Source: a virus. Taken from it: a DNA stretch of 64,000 nucleotides. The translations under genes were made by a program, and so were the position numbers. The DNA is taken from positions 2,963 through 66,962 of IMG/VR virus record IMGVR_UViG_3300031760_000051. One strand, given 5' to 3'. The notes beneath the pieces are model-generated. The model ran no database searches and had not been told where the DNA came from. It saw nothing but the letters and a program-made list of their open reading frames with translations. Below are positions 44,475 through 54,246 of this stretch, in pieces. Each line of letters starts with the position of its first letter. Within the stretch, counting starts at the first letter, position 1.

Positions 44475-44851
44475 AGTGCTTTAATCTCTCCCCATGCTTT
44501 ATTTAAGATGTCATCAAATATCGGCTGAAGAGCAGGGTTGATGTAATCTCGTCCTTCAATCCAAGCTCCATCTCGTGTAGGATGTCCTGTTTGAAGTATT
44601 AGAGCTATGTTAACTCCATCTACTACATTTGAGTTATTGAATTCGAGAATATAATTACTACCCTCTTGTTTAACGTTATAACTCCAAGACATCGCAGTTT
44701 TACCGGTTCTCCAAGGTGTCGTTGTCTGCAGTGCATCAACACCAACCTGTCCATATCTTTCGAGAAGTGCAGGTATATTTTTAGATTTCTTTTGTACGCT
44801 TATTAACCAGTCAGTAACTTTCGTGTTTGTTTGTGTAGTAACTTCAATCAT
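44471..44851 (-). CDS. HK97 gp10-like tail completion protein
   Basis: TPWRTGKTAMSW..LQTGH..GRDYINPAL. Confidence 0.75.
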   Translation of the reverse strand: MIEVTTQTNTKVTDWLISVQKKSKNIPALLERYGQVGVDALQTTTPWRTGKTAMSWSYNVKQEGSNYILEFNNSNVVDGVNIALILQTGHPTRDGAWIEGRDYINPALQPIFDDILNKAWGEIKAL

Positions 44852-44859
44852 TTGATCAC

Positions 44860-45429
44860 CTACTTTTTAGCTTTCATCGCTGCAAGACGAGCTTTATTCG
44901 CCTCATTGATTGCGTCTTGTTGAGCATATATCTCATTCATCGATAACTTACTGCCTTTTTTATCTGGGTTATTCTTTATTGAACAAACTTCGATAAGTGT
45001 CATAAGACGATTGAGATGCCATTTCTCGTACTCCTTTGGTATCTGCAAAGCTATCATATCGTAATATATAATCTCTGCGGTAATTATTTCTCTACGCCCA
45101 CCTTGAGGACGCCTATGCTGGATAGTAGTCGCACACATAGGGTCCGCAATATAGGCTTCTATCTGTTCCATAAGTTTCCTGTTTTTCATTAAACGATGTA
45201 CAACAAGATTTATATTGTTTGTGTGTTTCGTTACCATACAGGAAACATAGTACATTGTTTCTTCAGGCGTTTTCTCTGTCAATGAAATGAAAGGTTTCTT
45301 GTAATGTGCCTCCCATTTTGACAGAGAAATGAGAGAATGCTCAAGACTTACTGGTTCAGGTTTGAAGTAGATAAACTCTTGTGTTTTATCGTCGAATAAT
45401 TCTTCTTCTGGTAATATAAGATTAAGCAT
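44860..45429 (-). CDS. Tail assembly chaperone-like protein
   Basis: LEHSLISLSKWE..ITAEIIYY..WHLNRL; position before tape measure. Confidence 0.7.
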   Translation of the reverse strand: MLNLILPEEELFDDKTQEFIYFKPEPVSLEHSLISLSKWEAHYKKPFISLTEKTPEETMYYVSCMVTKHTNNINLVVHRLMKNRKLMEQIEAYIADPMCATTIQHRRPQGGRREIITAEIIYYDMIALQIPKEYEKWHLNRLMTLIEVCSIKNNPDKKGSKLSMNEIYAQQDAINEANKARLAAMKAKK

Positions 45430-45452
45430 AACTCTCACCTCCTGTTATTTTC

Positions 45453-45869
45453 TTATCTCATTTTATCTTCGAGGAACTTCTTGGCTTCATCTGCTGTAAT
45501 GTTCTGTGTTCCGGATGGAGCAAGACCATTGATAAACTTAGCTGCAGCGTCGTCCTTGTTCTCGAGAAGCTCCATTACAAGTACTGAATAAGCTTCTGTT
45601 GATGCAAAATTCTGTGAGATTTCTTCACTCTTATAGAAGTGTTTGCCATCATCTGACTTTTCGCCGTATGCTTTGAGGATGAATGTCTTGAAGAGGTTCA
45701 TAAGTTCTCTCTGATTCTGTGTCTGAACAACTTTAGCTATAAACTCGCCCATACCTCCGTCTTTGGACATTTCCATTTCGAGAAGGTCTGCTTTTGTGAG
45801 GTTGAAGTAGAATGGTTCTTCTCTTTCTACTCCATTGAAGTCTGTATACTTGATGATTTTCTTTAACAT
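45453..45869 (-). CDS. Tail assembly chaperone
   Basis: YTDFNG.ER...FNLTKA..AYGEKSDDGK; follows the major tail gene. Confidence 0.75.
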   Translation of the reverse strand: MLKKIIKYTDFNGVEREEPFYFNLTKADLLEMEMSKDGGMGEFIAKVVQTQNQRELMNLFKTFILKAYGEKSDDGKHFYKSEEISQNFASTEAYSVLVMELLENKDDAAAKFINGLAPSGTQNITADEAKKFLEDKMR

Positions 45870-45895
45870 AATTAGTTCTCCTTTTGATTAAATAT

Positions 45896-45943
45896 AAAAG
45901 TGCAAGTATGTAAACCAGTTAAGGAAAACACACCTGCACTCTT
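45896..45943 (-). terminator. Hairpin after major tail gene
   Basis: AAGAGUGCAGGUGUGU...ACAUACUUGCACUUUU. Confidence 0.6.
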
Positions 45944-45995
45944 ATTTTGGGTTCTTATTTTTCGAGGGAATTAGGAATTAGTACGAAGGTTCTTA

Positions 45996-46721
45996 TCAGC
46001 CGTTAGATGTTGTGCCTGTTGTGAGGAGATCGTAAACCTGCTTTGGTGTTGGGAACTGTGGATCTGTGCCAGGAACTGTTGTACCACCTTCTGTTGAAGC
46101 ATTTGTTCCGTAAATGAAGTCTTCAAATGCCTTGAGGTAGCCCTTCTGTGTTTCAGTTGTGTAGTCTGTTGAGCAAACCTTGATTGTAGCTGATCTGTTG
46201 AGGTTTGTACCGAAGTCAGATGGAAGTTCGACTGGAGTAGCTCTTGCTTCCCATGAAAGTGTAGCTGCTTCTGGGCTTTCGTTGATTGTGCTGTGGTTTC
46301 TTGAAGATGGCTGTGCTCTGCATCCGTATACGAGTGTGATTTCATAGCCGTGATCAGTACCTTCTGTGTCGTTACCGATAGCAGTTCTGAATGCGAAACC
46401 GAATGGCTTTCTGTTCTGCTGACCGATGTAGATACCGTTAACCTTCTTTGAGCCGTCGCATTCCTTGAACTCTTCAGGGCATGTGTAAGCTTCGATTGTG
46501 CAGCTGTATGTTTCCTTTGAAACGAGCTGGATGTATTCGTTGTCGTTAGCGTAAAGTGTTGTGATTTCACCGCCTGATGGTGATTCGTTTACTGCTGTAA
46601 GACCATTCCAGCCCACACCGTTTCCGTATGTACCGTCTGCGTTCTGTGGGTAAAGTACACCCATGCGGACACCAGTTTCATAAAGCTTCTGTCCGTCTTC
46701 ATCCCATGTAATTTTTGCCAT
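45996..46721 (-). CDS. Major tail protein
   Basis: YETGV..GVLY..WNGLTAVNESPSGGE..FGFAFRT..TINESPEA. Confidence 0.9.
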   Translation of the reverse strand: MAKITWDEDGQKLYETGVRMGVLYPQNADGTYGNGVGWNGLTAVNESPSGGEITTLYANDNEYIQLVSKETYSCTIEAYTCPEEFKECDGSKKVNGIYIGQQNRKPFGFAFRTAIGNDTEGTDHGYEITLVYGCRAQPSSRNHSTINESPEAATLSWEARATPVELPSDFGTNLNRSATIKVCSTDYTTETQKGYLKAFEDFIYGTNASTEGGTTVPGTDPQFPTPKQVYDLLTTGTTSNG

Positions 46722-46735
46722 GGTATTATTCCTCC

Positions 46736-47044
46736 TTAATTATTGTGGATTGTATATACGTAACAATTCAGACCGTCATAAACATAGCTTCGAACCATTG
46801 TGCAAAAAGGCAACATTGCTAATTTCTCGGCCATTTCATTATCTGGGTCTTCGTCGATGTACGTAACTTCGTAAGATTTATCAAGTTTATAAGGTTTATC
46901 ATTCGCCTTATCTGTATCTATCGTCCTAAGACAATATCTTATACAAGGATAATGCATCTCGAGATTTGAAGGAGGCTGGAAGTATACGTTTCTTGATCCG
47001 AGTAAGTTCTCGAACATCTTTTGCAGGTCAAGTCTGCTGGCCAT
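46736..47044 (-). CDS. Tail terminator protein
   Basis: NVYFQPP..YPCIRY..YEVTYID.DPD. Confidence 0.8.
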   Translation of the reverse strand: MASRLDLQKMFENLLGSRNVYFQPPSNLEMHYPCIRYCLRTIDTDKANDKPYKLDKSYEVTYIDEDPDNEMAEKLAMLPFCTMVRSYVYDGLNCYVYTIHNN

Positions 47045-47363
47045 TATACAAACCCCCTATCTGCATCTCTATTCGTGGATGATTTGGTGTGAATGCTTTT
47101 ACCTTAAACTTTTTGTTTTTAAAAGTTATATACTTAATATCCATAATGTGATCATCAATGAAACGGTCACAGACAATAGATATGGTATTTGATATGTTTA
47201 TGCTTTCGTTGACAAAGTTGCTTGATTCCTGAGTACGATAGTCGCGTAAGAGATCACCCGAATAGTGTTTTTCGACTATCCTCTGCTTCCAAACACCAGT
47301 ACCAACTCCGTCTTTAAACACTTCCTCGTCAATGAAGAAGCCTATATTTCCGGACCATTTCAT
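47028..47363 (-). CDS. Head-tail stopper/adaptor
   Basis: GVW..YSGD..ISNTISIV.D..PRI..GGLYNG. Confidence 0.8.
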   Translation of the reverse strand: MKWSGNIGFFIDEEVFKDGVGTGVWKQRIVEKHYSGDLLRDYRTQESSNFVNESINISNTISIVCDRFIDDHIMDIKYITFKNKKFKVKAFTPNHPRIEMQIGGLYNGQQT

Positions 47364-47408
47364 CGAATCACTCCATTTTGAATTTTTAGGTGAATATGGC
47401 TTTTGTTA

Positions 47409-49163
47409 TCAGCCGTTTGTTGTTGTAGATTCAACTACGATAGCTGAGAACGGCTTTGCAAGTGAACCAGAGCAGCGTGTCTCGATGAGATACTTCTGCT
47501 GGTTATAATCTATGTCGAAATCCTCAAACATGTTTACAGAGCCGCCCTTGTCTGAACCTACTGAGTAGTCCTTCATGTTAACGATGATGCCGATAAGATC
47601 CTTTGTTACACCGTTGTCTACACGTGAAACACCTTCCATAACTTCAACAGTTACGATCTTGCTTACACGGAGAGCTGTAGCAACTTCGCCAACAGACTTG
47701 TAAAGCTTGTGACCAATGCCATCTTCGAGGAGGAGGCAGTCAGTTACAAAGTCTTCTGTTGTGAAGAGTGTTGGGTTGCCTGAGCCCTTGTAGAACTTTC
47801 TTGAACGAATGATGCTGTCGATTGTCTTCTTTGTCTTGATAGCAGCTGTGTCATCGTTAGCGAATTCAACAAGGTTCTTGATGCTGTAGAATGATTCATC
47901 CTTGTAGATAGGTCTGATGCAGTTCTCATCGATCTTGTCGTCTGAAGAAGCTGGTCTGCCGTCACCGAGAAGGATAGCTCTTGCGATTTCCTCGTTGAGC
48001 ATCATTCTCATTTCTGTCTTGATCCATGAGATTACGTCGAAGTCTGTGATGTCAACAACATCGTCTCTGTCCATCTTCTGCTTTTTATATACTGTGCAAG
48101 GCTGAGTTGTTCTCTTTAAGAGTGAGAACACTTCTTCCTTTTTGTAATTGCCTTTCATATAGCCCTTTGCACGAGCATCGTCTTCTGTGATGTCAGCAAA
48201 TACGCTCTTGATTCTTGTCCACGGAACCTTGTGTGCACCATTGAATACGTCGTCAACCCAAGTTGTATCTCTCTTGATGAACTCAGGTGTTGTATTCATG
48301 TTGTGAACTTCTGGGAAGAGCCATTCAATTCCATCAATACCGTATTCTTCGCTGTGCTGGATTACAGATTCCTTCATAGAACCGTATCTCTTAGCATCAC
48401 CGATGATTACGCCCATGGCTTCGTGTGAGATGTAAGTACCCTTTTCTTCCTTTTCGTCATTGTCGAAAACGTTGTGTTTCATGTCATCTTCTCCTTCATT
48501 GTTAGATTCGTCATCTTTGAGCGCCATACCCACAACAGCGTATACAGCGTTCTGTTCTTCTTCTGACAGTTTGCCCATAGCACCCTGGAAAATATCCTTA
48601 ATGCTCTTGCCTTCTGTCTTTGTTTCCTTGGTTTCGTCAGCCACTGCTGGTTCCTCCTTTTTATCGTCACTGTGAGCTATATCACTGTGTTCGATTGTTT
48701 CGTCGTTGCCGTTATCTTCCGGATCATCGATAAATGAGATAATAGCTTCCTCGTGTTCGCCGTTTTCACCGTGAGCCATATCTACATACTTGATGTGAGC
48801 TCCTGGGTTACATCCAGCAAGAACAAGAGATACCTCTTTGATGTCACCGTGAAGGAGTTTGTTGCCATCCTTCTTGAGTGAGTTAGCGTAGATAGAGAAA
48901 GCCTTAACATCGCCATGTTTAACGATCTTCTTAGCAATCTCACCTGACTCTGTATCATTGAGGTATGCACGACCCCAGACGCCTTCTCGTCTATTTTCAA
49001 GTTCACAATATCCAAGAACATTATCTATGGAGTTATGATCGTGATTGTAAACGAGAGGTACTGTCTGTCTGTCATTGTGGGCGAAAGCATTTTCCTTAAT
49101 TACCAGACCGTCACCGCAGACAACGTTGTTCTTGGTTACCCAACCTTCGAAATCTGCAACCAT
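47409..49163 (-). CDS. Prohead protease-major capsid protein fusion (HK97 fold)
   Basis: VPLVYNHDH..FSIYAN..EVSLVLAGCNPGA protease; LNEEIARAILLGDGR..FDIDYNQQKYLIETR capsid. Confidence 0.92.
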   Translation of the reverse strand: MVADFEGWVTKNNVVCGDGLVIKENAFAHNDRQTVPLVYNHDHNSIDNVLGYCELENRREGVWGRAYLNDTESGEIAKKIVKHGDVKAFSIYANSLKKDGNKLLHGDIKEVSLVLAGCNPGAHIKYVDMAHGENGEHEEAIISFIDDPEDNGNDETIEHSDIAHSDDKKEEPAVADETKETKTEGKSIKDIFQGAMGKLSEEEQNAVYAVVGMALKDDESNNEGEDDMKHNVFDNDEKEEKGTYISHEAMGVIIGDAKRYGSMKESVIQHSEEYGIDGIEWLFPEVHNMNTTPEFIKRDTTWVDDVFNGAHKVPWTRIKSVFADITEDDARAKGYMKGNYKKEEVFSLLKRTTQPCTVYKKQKMDRDDVVDITDFDVISWIKTEMRMMLNEEIARAILLGDGRPASSDDKIDENCIRPIYKDESFYSIKNLVEFANDDTAAIKTKKTIDSIIRSRKFYKGSGNPTLFTTEDFVTDCLLLEDGIGHKLYKSVGEVATALRVSKIVTVEVMEGVSRVDNGVTKDLIGIIVNMKDYSVGSDKGGSVNMFEDFDIDYNQQKYLIETRCSGSLAKPFSAIVVESTTTNG

Positions 49164-49177
49164 TTTGACGTTCCTCC

Positions 49178-49495
49178 TTATGCTGTGTAGGTGTCTGATC
49201 CTACTGTGAACTTAGCTGTTGTGCCGTCGAGTGTAGCAGCTGTAGGAACGTACTTAACATCACCAGCAGCAATGATAAGTGAGCCCATGTTGAAGAGACG
49301 GAGAGCTTCTGCAGCTACAGCAGCCTTTGTTCCTGCTGCATCCTGGAAAAGTGCCTTGTTTGCATCAGCGTAGAGAACGATGTTTCTTACGTGCTGATCG
49401 TTAGCCTTTTCGTACTCTCTTGTTGGTACAACGTAGCCCTCTGTCTTTGAGAGTTCCATGCCTGTTGTGTCGATTTCAGTGTTGTGAAGTTTCAT
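49178..49495 (-). CDS. Putative capsid decoration/accessory protein
   Basis: Between portal and capsid genes; Ala/Thr-rich. Confidence 0.6.
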   Translation of the reverse strand: MKLHNTEIDTTGMELSKTEGYVVPTREYEKANDQHVRNIVLYADANKALFQDAAGTKAAVAAEALRLFNMGSLIIAAGDVKYVPTAATLDGTTAKFTVGSDTYTA

Positions 49496-49498
49496 TTG

Positions 49499-50746
49499 CT
49501 ATTCCTCCTGTGAATCAATTCCTTGTTCATATTCTTCTTCCCCTGCTGGCATCTCATTCTCGTTGTGATTGAGGTTAGAGTTTATAAGCTCATCTGCCTT
49601 AGGGTCATCAGACGGTTTCATGCCAATAATCTGTCTGATTTCGTTAGAACTGAGGATTTCGTTTCTTGTGAACTTATCAGCGATCTCAGCGATGTTGTTT
49701 ACTGGTACAAGCTTGAACGGATCTCTGAATGCCATTATAGCCTGACCCTGAGTGCGAGCTGTTCTAGAAATGAATTTCCTGTTGAGTTCTGACACCACAG
49801 CTTCAATTATTGGATTTATTGTTCTCTGGTAATAGTTAAGTAATGTCTGTTCATCGGCTGTACCATCAAGAATAGACTGAGTAATACCTAACTGAGAGAA
49901 TAATAAGTTTGTTAAGTATTCAACCTGAGACATCAGCTGGTTCTCAACTGGTCTATTGAGCTGAATAATCTTTTCGGTTGCATCAGTGTAAGCGATACCG
50001 TATTTGCCATTTGTGAGCTGGTCTTCGATATCCTGACGCCTCTCTTTTGCCTGTTTCTTCCTTGCCTCACCACGAATCAAGTAGGGGAGCTGAACTATGA
50101 GATCCAGCTTACCCGAACTACTTTTTTCGTCGACACTGTCTAACAATGCCAATTTTCGAATGAGTCTCTGGAGAGTAGAGTTAGGCTCATTCAGTATGGA
50201 ATAAAGAGGATTTTGGATGATAGCAACTTGAGATTTAGGAAGTGTTAATTCCTGTTTGTTTCCGTTTCGGTCGTTATATAATTCTACTCTAACCGCTCTA
50301 GGAAACCACTCGAGGACTTTTGCTGTTCTCATTGTTAAAATATTGAAGGAGCCATCGTACGGATCCATATCGGTGTCCACAGGTACAATAGCAACACATC
50401 CTTCGTCGAGAAGAGAAAGCATAATGTCGAGTTTAAAGTCAAATCCAGTCTGATCGATGTTCGCTTCCCAGTTAAAGCAGTCATGGAGGGTTGAGTCCTT
50501 AATATCGTCAGAGTATTTCTTTGTTTCAGGATCTAATCTGACGTGTTTAAGTTCTGTCTGAGCACAATCTATTGCTATCCTTGTGAGAATAGGTGCGATC
50601 ATGCCTTTGCTACTTGTTTTTCTGAGTCGCGGCTGATCCGGTCTGCTGGAATACGACTGTTGGCCATAGAAATTCATTTTTGGAACACGGTTTAAGAACG
50701 CATTCCAGCCATTTCGAATCCTATCGCCAAGGGAGATCTTCTCCAT
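49499..50746 (-). CDS. Portal protein
   Basis: RIAID..EANIDQTG..NPLYSILNEPNSTLQRL..ADKFTRNEILSSNEIR. Confidence 0.92.
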   Translation of the reverse strand: MEKISLGDRIRNGWNAFLNRVPKMNFYGQQSYSSRPDQPRLRKTSSKGMIAPILTRIAIDCAQTELKHVRLDPETKKYSDDIKDSTLHDCFNWEANIDQTGFDFKLDIMLSLLDEGCVAIVPVDTDMDPYDGSFNILTMRTAKVLEWFPRAVRVELYNDRNGNKQELTLPKSQVAIIQNPLYSILNEPNSTLQRLIRKLALLDSVDEKSSSGKLDLIVQLPYLIRGEARKKQAKERRQDIEDQLTNGKYGIAYTDATEKIIQLNRPVENQLMSQVEYLTNLLFSQLGITQSILDGTADEQTLLNYYQRTINPIIEAVVSELNRKFISRTARTQGQAIMAFRDPFKLVPVNNIAEIADKFTRNEILSSNEIRQIIGMKPSDDPKADELINSNLNHNENEMPAGEEEYEQGIDSQEE

Positions 50747-50764
50747 TTTGACTGGATCCCTCCT

Positions 50765-50962
50765 TTAGCCTTTCTTTTCGTGCTGAGTTCCGAAATAGAA
50801 CCCAATAACTGTTGTGTAGACTGTCATAAACACGTTTGCCTCTATCCTGCCATCAATAGCAAGGTATACAAACGCTCCTGTTAGCAAAAATGTAACAACC
50901 GATTTGACAGTCAATAGGTTAGTAAGTCTGGTTTTAATAGTAGGCACTCTTAACACCCCCAA
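50765..50962 (-). CDS. Holin
   Basis: Two TMs, LLTVKSVVT..VIGFYFGTQ; adjacent to endolysin. Confidence 0.75.
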   Translation of the reverse strand: MGVLRVPTIKTRLTNLLTVKSVVTFLLTGAFVYLAIDGRIEANVFMTVYTTVIGFYFGTQHEKKG

Positions 50963-51678
50963 AGGGATTTAAATGTCTTTTCTCCTATTACACCATCTTT
51001 TGATAAGTTATGGTCAAGCTGGTATCTTAACACTGCACTTTCAGTTTCTGGACCGAAGTCACCGTCGTCTCCGCAATTGCCAACAGAATAACCATCAGCA
51101 AAGAGGAGTCTCTGGATTCTTTTGACGTCTTCGCCATGCATTCCTCTTTTGAGAGTTCTGAAAGTCATTGTAAAGTTTTCTGAAATTGTATTATTACTTT
51201 CTTCTTTATTTATTAAATTATTATTAATATTAAAATAAGAAGACATATCAATAATACAATCAAATCCAGAATAGTTGTAAGGATACTCAAATACATTTGT
51301 AGTACTTGTGTTGTACCAGTTGCCCTCAACGCCATTTGTGTTGCCTTCGAGAATCTTTATTGTTGAGCCTGTGTTTTCTATTACAAGACCAACGTGATCC
51401 GGACCGTCTGCACGATTCCCGTTGTTCTCGAAGAATATAATGTCTGCAACCTCAGCTGTTTTGTAGTCGTGGTTGAGATGTTTTTTAGCAAATCCAGAGT
51501 TCTTAAACACTGAACAGCTATAAGTTTTTGGAATATCAATCTCACATACGTCATGAATTAAGTAATAAACCTGCATCATGCACCAATGTGTACGACATCC
51601 ATAGATTTCGAACAGGTCATTTCCTTTTTTACCTATTCTCTTTTTGGCTTCTTTTAAGAAATACTCTCTAGTAGCCAT
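50950..51678 (-). CDS. Endolysin (CHAP-like catalytic domain plus PG_binding_1)
   Basis: HWCM..DHVGLV..EGNT; LKRGMHGEDVKRIQ..DGDFGPETESAV..DGVIGEKT. Confidence 0.88.
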   Translation of the reverse strand: MATREYFLKEAKKRIGKKGNDLFEIYGCRTHWCMMQVYYLIHDVCEIDIPKTYSCSVFKNSGFAKKHLNHDYKTAEVADIIFFENNGNRADGPDHVGLVIENTGSTIKILEGNTNGVEGNWYNTSTTNVFEYPYNYSGFDCIIDMSSYFNINNNLINKEESNNTISENFTMTFRTLKRGMHGEDVKRIQRLLFADGYSVGNCGDDGDFGPETESAVLRYQLDHNLSKDGVIGEKTFKSLWGC

Positions 51679-51705
51679 GATATCACCCCAAATCCTTTCT
51701 TTCTA

Positions 51706-52095
51706 TTATTCCATATTAAGCGCAGATATAGCTCTCTGGATTGCGTGCTGAGCTTCTGGAGACACTTCGTTCATCATGCCTTCCATCTCGTTAACGAGTC
51801 TGTCCTTGGCTTCATCTCTGCTGTATCTTCCGAGATTGCCATAGCCTCTGCGAGAGTCCATGTTACCATTGCCATATGAATAGTTATCGCGATACATTCT
51901 TCCTGAGTAGTTATCACGATATTTTCTACCAGAATAACCATCATAGTTTTCCATAGCGCAAACTGTGTCGATGCACTTGAGGGAATGGCTGAGCTTATCA
52001 ACGAAATCAAGGTCTCTCTCGTTTATTGGTCTATCAGCAAATGATTCGAGCTCTTCCATGAGGTTATCACGAAGATTTCTAAGTTTGTGTGACAT
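51706..52095 (-). CDS. Uncharacterised cassette protein 6 (YSGR/YSRD repeats)
   Basis: YSGRKYRDNYSGRMYRDNYS...RYSRD. Confidence 0.8.
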   Translation of the reverse strand: MSHKLRNLRDNLMEELESFADRPINERDLDFVDKLSHSLKCIDTVCAMENYDGYSGRKYRDNYSGRMYRDNYSYGNGNMDSRRGYGNLGRYSRDEAKDRLVNEMEGMMNEVSPEAQHAIQRAISALNME

Positions 52096-52108
52096 AATTA
52101 TCTCCTCC

Positions 52109-52591
52109 TTACAGAACTCGTCTTAAACCAAGGTAGTTGATTGTCAGATTTGCGTTCTGTACATCAATGGCCTGTGTGCTTGTGTTTCTTACCGAGATAC
52201 TTTCGCATCCACAAAGACTCGGAACAGCCACAATGATCTCTGCTCCAACATTCTGGAAGTCACCAACAGCGGCTGGTGTTACAATCATTGTACTGCTTGG
52301 GTCTGGTTCTCCGTCTATTGAAATGGAGAGCTGAATTGGTTCCGCTGTTCCACCTTCGGCTATTGCTATGTTTCCGTGGAATGTTACAGTATAGAGAGAT
52401 TCGTAAACTCTTCTACAACCGCATCCACAGCGACAAGTATTGGATACAGCGTTATTAGCAAGACGAAATATACCTGACTCATCTCTGTGAAAGATGATAC
52501 CTCGGCTGCATGGTACTGGCGATTCAGTGAACACAACTGGTGCGTTTACTGCGACTGTCTGTACCGCATTAGCTGAATATTCGGCAGCCAT
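52109..52591 (-). CDS. Uncharacterised cassette protein 5 (putative BclA-C/C1q-like beta sandwich, Cys-rich)
   Basis: QTVAVNAPVVF..YTVTFHGNIA..ISVRNTS; CRCGCGC. Confidence 0.7.
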   Translation of the reverse strand: MAAEYSANAVQTVAVNAPVVFTESPVPCSRGIIFHRDESGIFRLANNAVSNTCRCGCGCRRVYESLYTVTFHGNIAIAEGGTAEPIQLSISIDGEPDPSSTMIVTPAAVGDFQNVGAEIIVAVPSLCGCESISVRNTSTQAIDVQNANLTINYLGLRRVL

Positions 52592-52605
52592 ATTGCCACC
52601 TCCCA

Positions 52606-53487
52606 TCAACCATTAAAACCATTGCAGCCACATCCGGCAACGTTCTGCGCGCATGTGAAGATTGGAGTATTACCATATACAGGCTGAGCCGGGATTGGGC
52701 AAGAACGAAGCTCATTTACAAGCTGGTTTGCTGTCGTAGCCTGTGCGTTTCTGAGTTCTGCTGTCTGAGCTGTCTGTGAAGCCTGCATGTTTGCGAATGT
52801 CAGCTGTGTTCTGAGGCTGTCGTTTTCACGCTTGTAACCATCGAGTTCGAGCTGGCAGAGCTTATCAAGGATTGCCTGAGTATTCGCTGTTGAGTTAGCT
52901 CTTGTTGCACATTCTTCCTGAGCTATTGTGAACTTTACGTCCTGTGTAGCAGCTCTATTGTCGCAACAACACTGGGCAAGCTGAGCCTGAAGAGCGTTCA
53001 TACCCTGTGTATTTGCTGTCTGAGCCGCATATGATCTTTCGAGGTTAGCGATTTCATTTGCGTAAAGCTGTCCAGCAATAGCGTTCTGAGCACCATTGAT
53101 TGAAGCATTTACACCGTTGAAGCCGCTGCAAAGAGAATTCTGAATGGTTCCAGTGCTGTTGCAGAGCTGTGTACTGAGGGCGTTAATACCGTCTCTTACA
53201 GATGTTACGTTATCGTTGAGCTGGGCGTTCTGGAATCCATTGTTCATGTTTGCATTTATTCCATTTTGACCGTTGAAGAGCCATGGGAATTCAGAGTTGC
53301 CTCCAAAGCCTCCACCATAGCCAAAGCCACCGTTACCGAACATGCCGAAGAGGAGGAACAGAATGATAAGACTGCCCCAATCGTTTCCGAAACCGAGACC
53401 GCCGCCATTGTTACCGTAGTACATTGGTGCTGCTGCCGGTGAAACGAGCATTGTTGTGCCCATGTTGTTGTTTTCGCCAAGCGCCAT
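52606..53487 (-). CDS. Uncharacterised cassette protein 4 (G/N/F-rich N-terminus, hydrophobic helix, coiled coil, CCC motif)
   Basis: WGSLIILFLLFGMFGNGGFG; QLAQCCCDNR; GCGCNG. Confidence 0.85.
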   Translation of the reverse strand: MALGENNNMGTTMLVSPAAAPMYYGNNGGGLGFGNDWGSLIILFLLFGMFGNGGFGYGGGFGGNSEFPWLFNGQNGINANMNNGFQNAQLNDNVTSVRDGINALSTQLCNSTGTIQNSLCSGFNGVNASINGAQNAIAGQLYANEIANLERSYAAQTANTQGMNALQAQLAQCCCDNRAATQDVKFTIAQEECATRANSTANTQAILDKLCQLELDGYKRENDSLRTQLTFANMQASQTAQTAELRNAQATTANQLVNELRSCPIPAQPVYGNTPIFTCAQNVAGCGCNGFNG

Positions 53488-53513
53488 AATCTCATTTCTC
53501 CTTTGTAGATTAT

Positions 53514-53762
53514 TTAATGGTTTGTGTTAAAACAGCCCTGAATCATTTGCATGAACTGAGGGTTGTTCTGTAGCTGTTTTGCCTGCATTGCTGCATTATT
53601 GTACTGTTCCTGCGAGATGCTGCCGGAATTCATCATGTACTGAATAAGTTCCTGTGGGGATCCAAGTGCATTCTGAGGTGGTGGCTGCATTCCTCTCTGT
53701 TGAAAGAAAGCTGCAGGATTCTGTACAAACTGCATAAATGCCATCATGTTATTTTGAATCAT
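53514..53762 (-). CDS. Uncharacterised cassette protein 3 (Q/M/N-rich)
   Basis: MIQNNMMAFMQFVQNP..IQYMMNSGSISQEQYN. Confidence 0.75.
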   Translation of the reverse strand: MIQNNMMAFMQFVQNPAAFFQQRGMQPPPQNALGSPQELIQYMMNSGSISQEQYNNAAMQAKQLQNNPQFMQMIQGCFNTNH

Positions 53763-54246
53763 TTCTATTACCCTTGTCCTTATTATTGTTATTATTTTGA
53801 GGATTCTTAATATTGTCAATCATTTTTCGAAGATTCTGTAGCTCCTCAGATACCGACGCTTTAAGTGCCTCTAGCTGTGAGAGTTCAGCGTATACAGGTG
53901 CAGGTTCAGGTGATTTCTCTGGTACTGGTACGCTTTCCTGTGCCTGAGGTGTATCATCCTCAAATACGAGTCTAGCCTTCCTGAATATTGGCTGATCAAG
54001 CTGAGAGTAGCCCATAGTCTTTTCGTAAAGGTATGGTTTTGTCTCATCTCTCATAGTAACTGTGTATCCTGGAGCTACTGGGTATCTTCTTGCTTCGTCT
54101 TCGTTAGCAACGGTCACTATACCACCACTACGAATTTGAGGCTGTACTGACTGAGATAGAACATACGCCTGTTGAGGGGACGTGTTCGTGAGTCCAGGGT
54201 TATATGGACCATAATACGGGTATCCGTTATACTGTGGAGCCATCAT
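53749..54246 (-). CDS. Uncharacterised cassette protein 2 (P/Q/Y-rich N-terminus)
   Basis: EARRYPVAPGYTV..DETKPYLYEK. Confidence 0.8.
   Translation of the reverse strand: MMAPQYNGYPYYGPYNPGLTNTSPQQAYVLSQSVQPQIRSGGIVTVANEDEARRYPVAPGYTVTMRDETKPYLYEKTMGYSQLDQPIFRKARLVFEDDTPQAQESVPVPEKSPEPAPVYAELSQLEALKASVSEELQNLRKMIDNIKNPQNNNNNKDKGNRNDSK

Noticed and set aside
44860-45869. Programmed frameshift between tail chaperone genes
   Set aside because: The second gene has its own AGGAGG SD and start, and I saw no clear slippery heptamer at the junction
45971-46570. 199-aa alternative-frame ORF or programmed frameshift in the major tail gene
   Set aside because: Lies almost wholly within the major tail gene, extends only 25 nt beyond it, has no SD and shows an S/T/Q-rich off-frame composition
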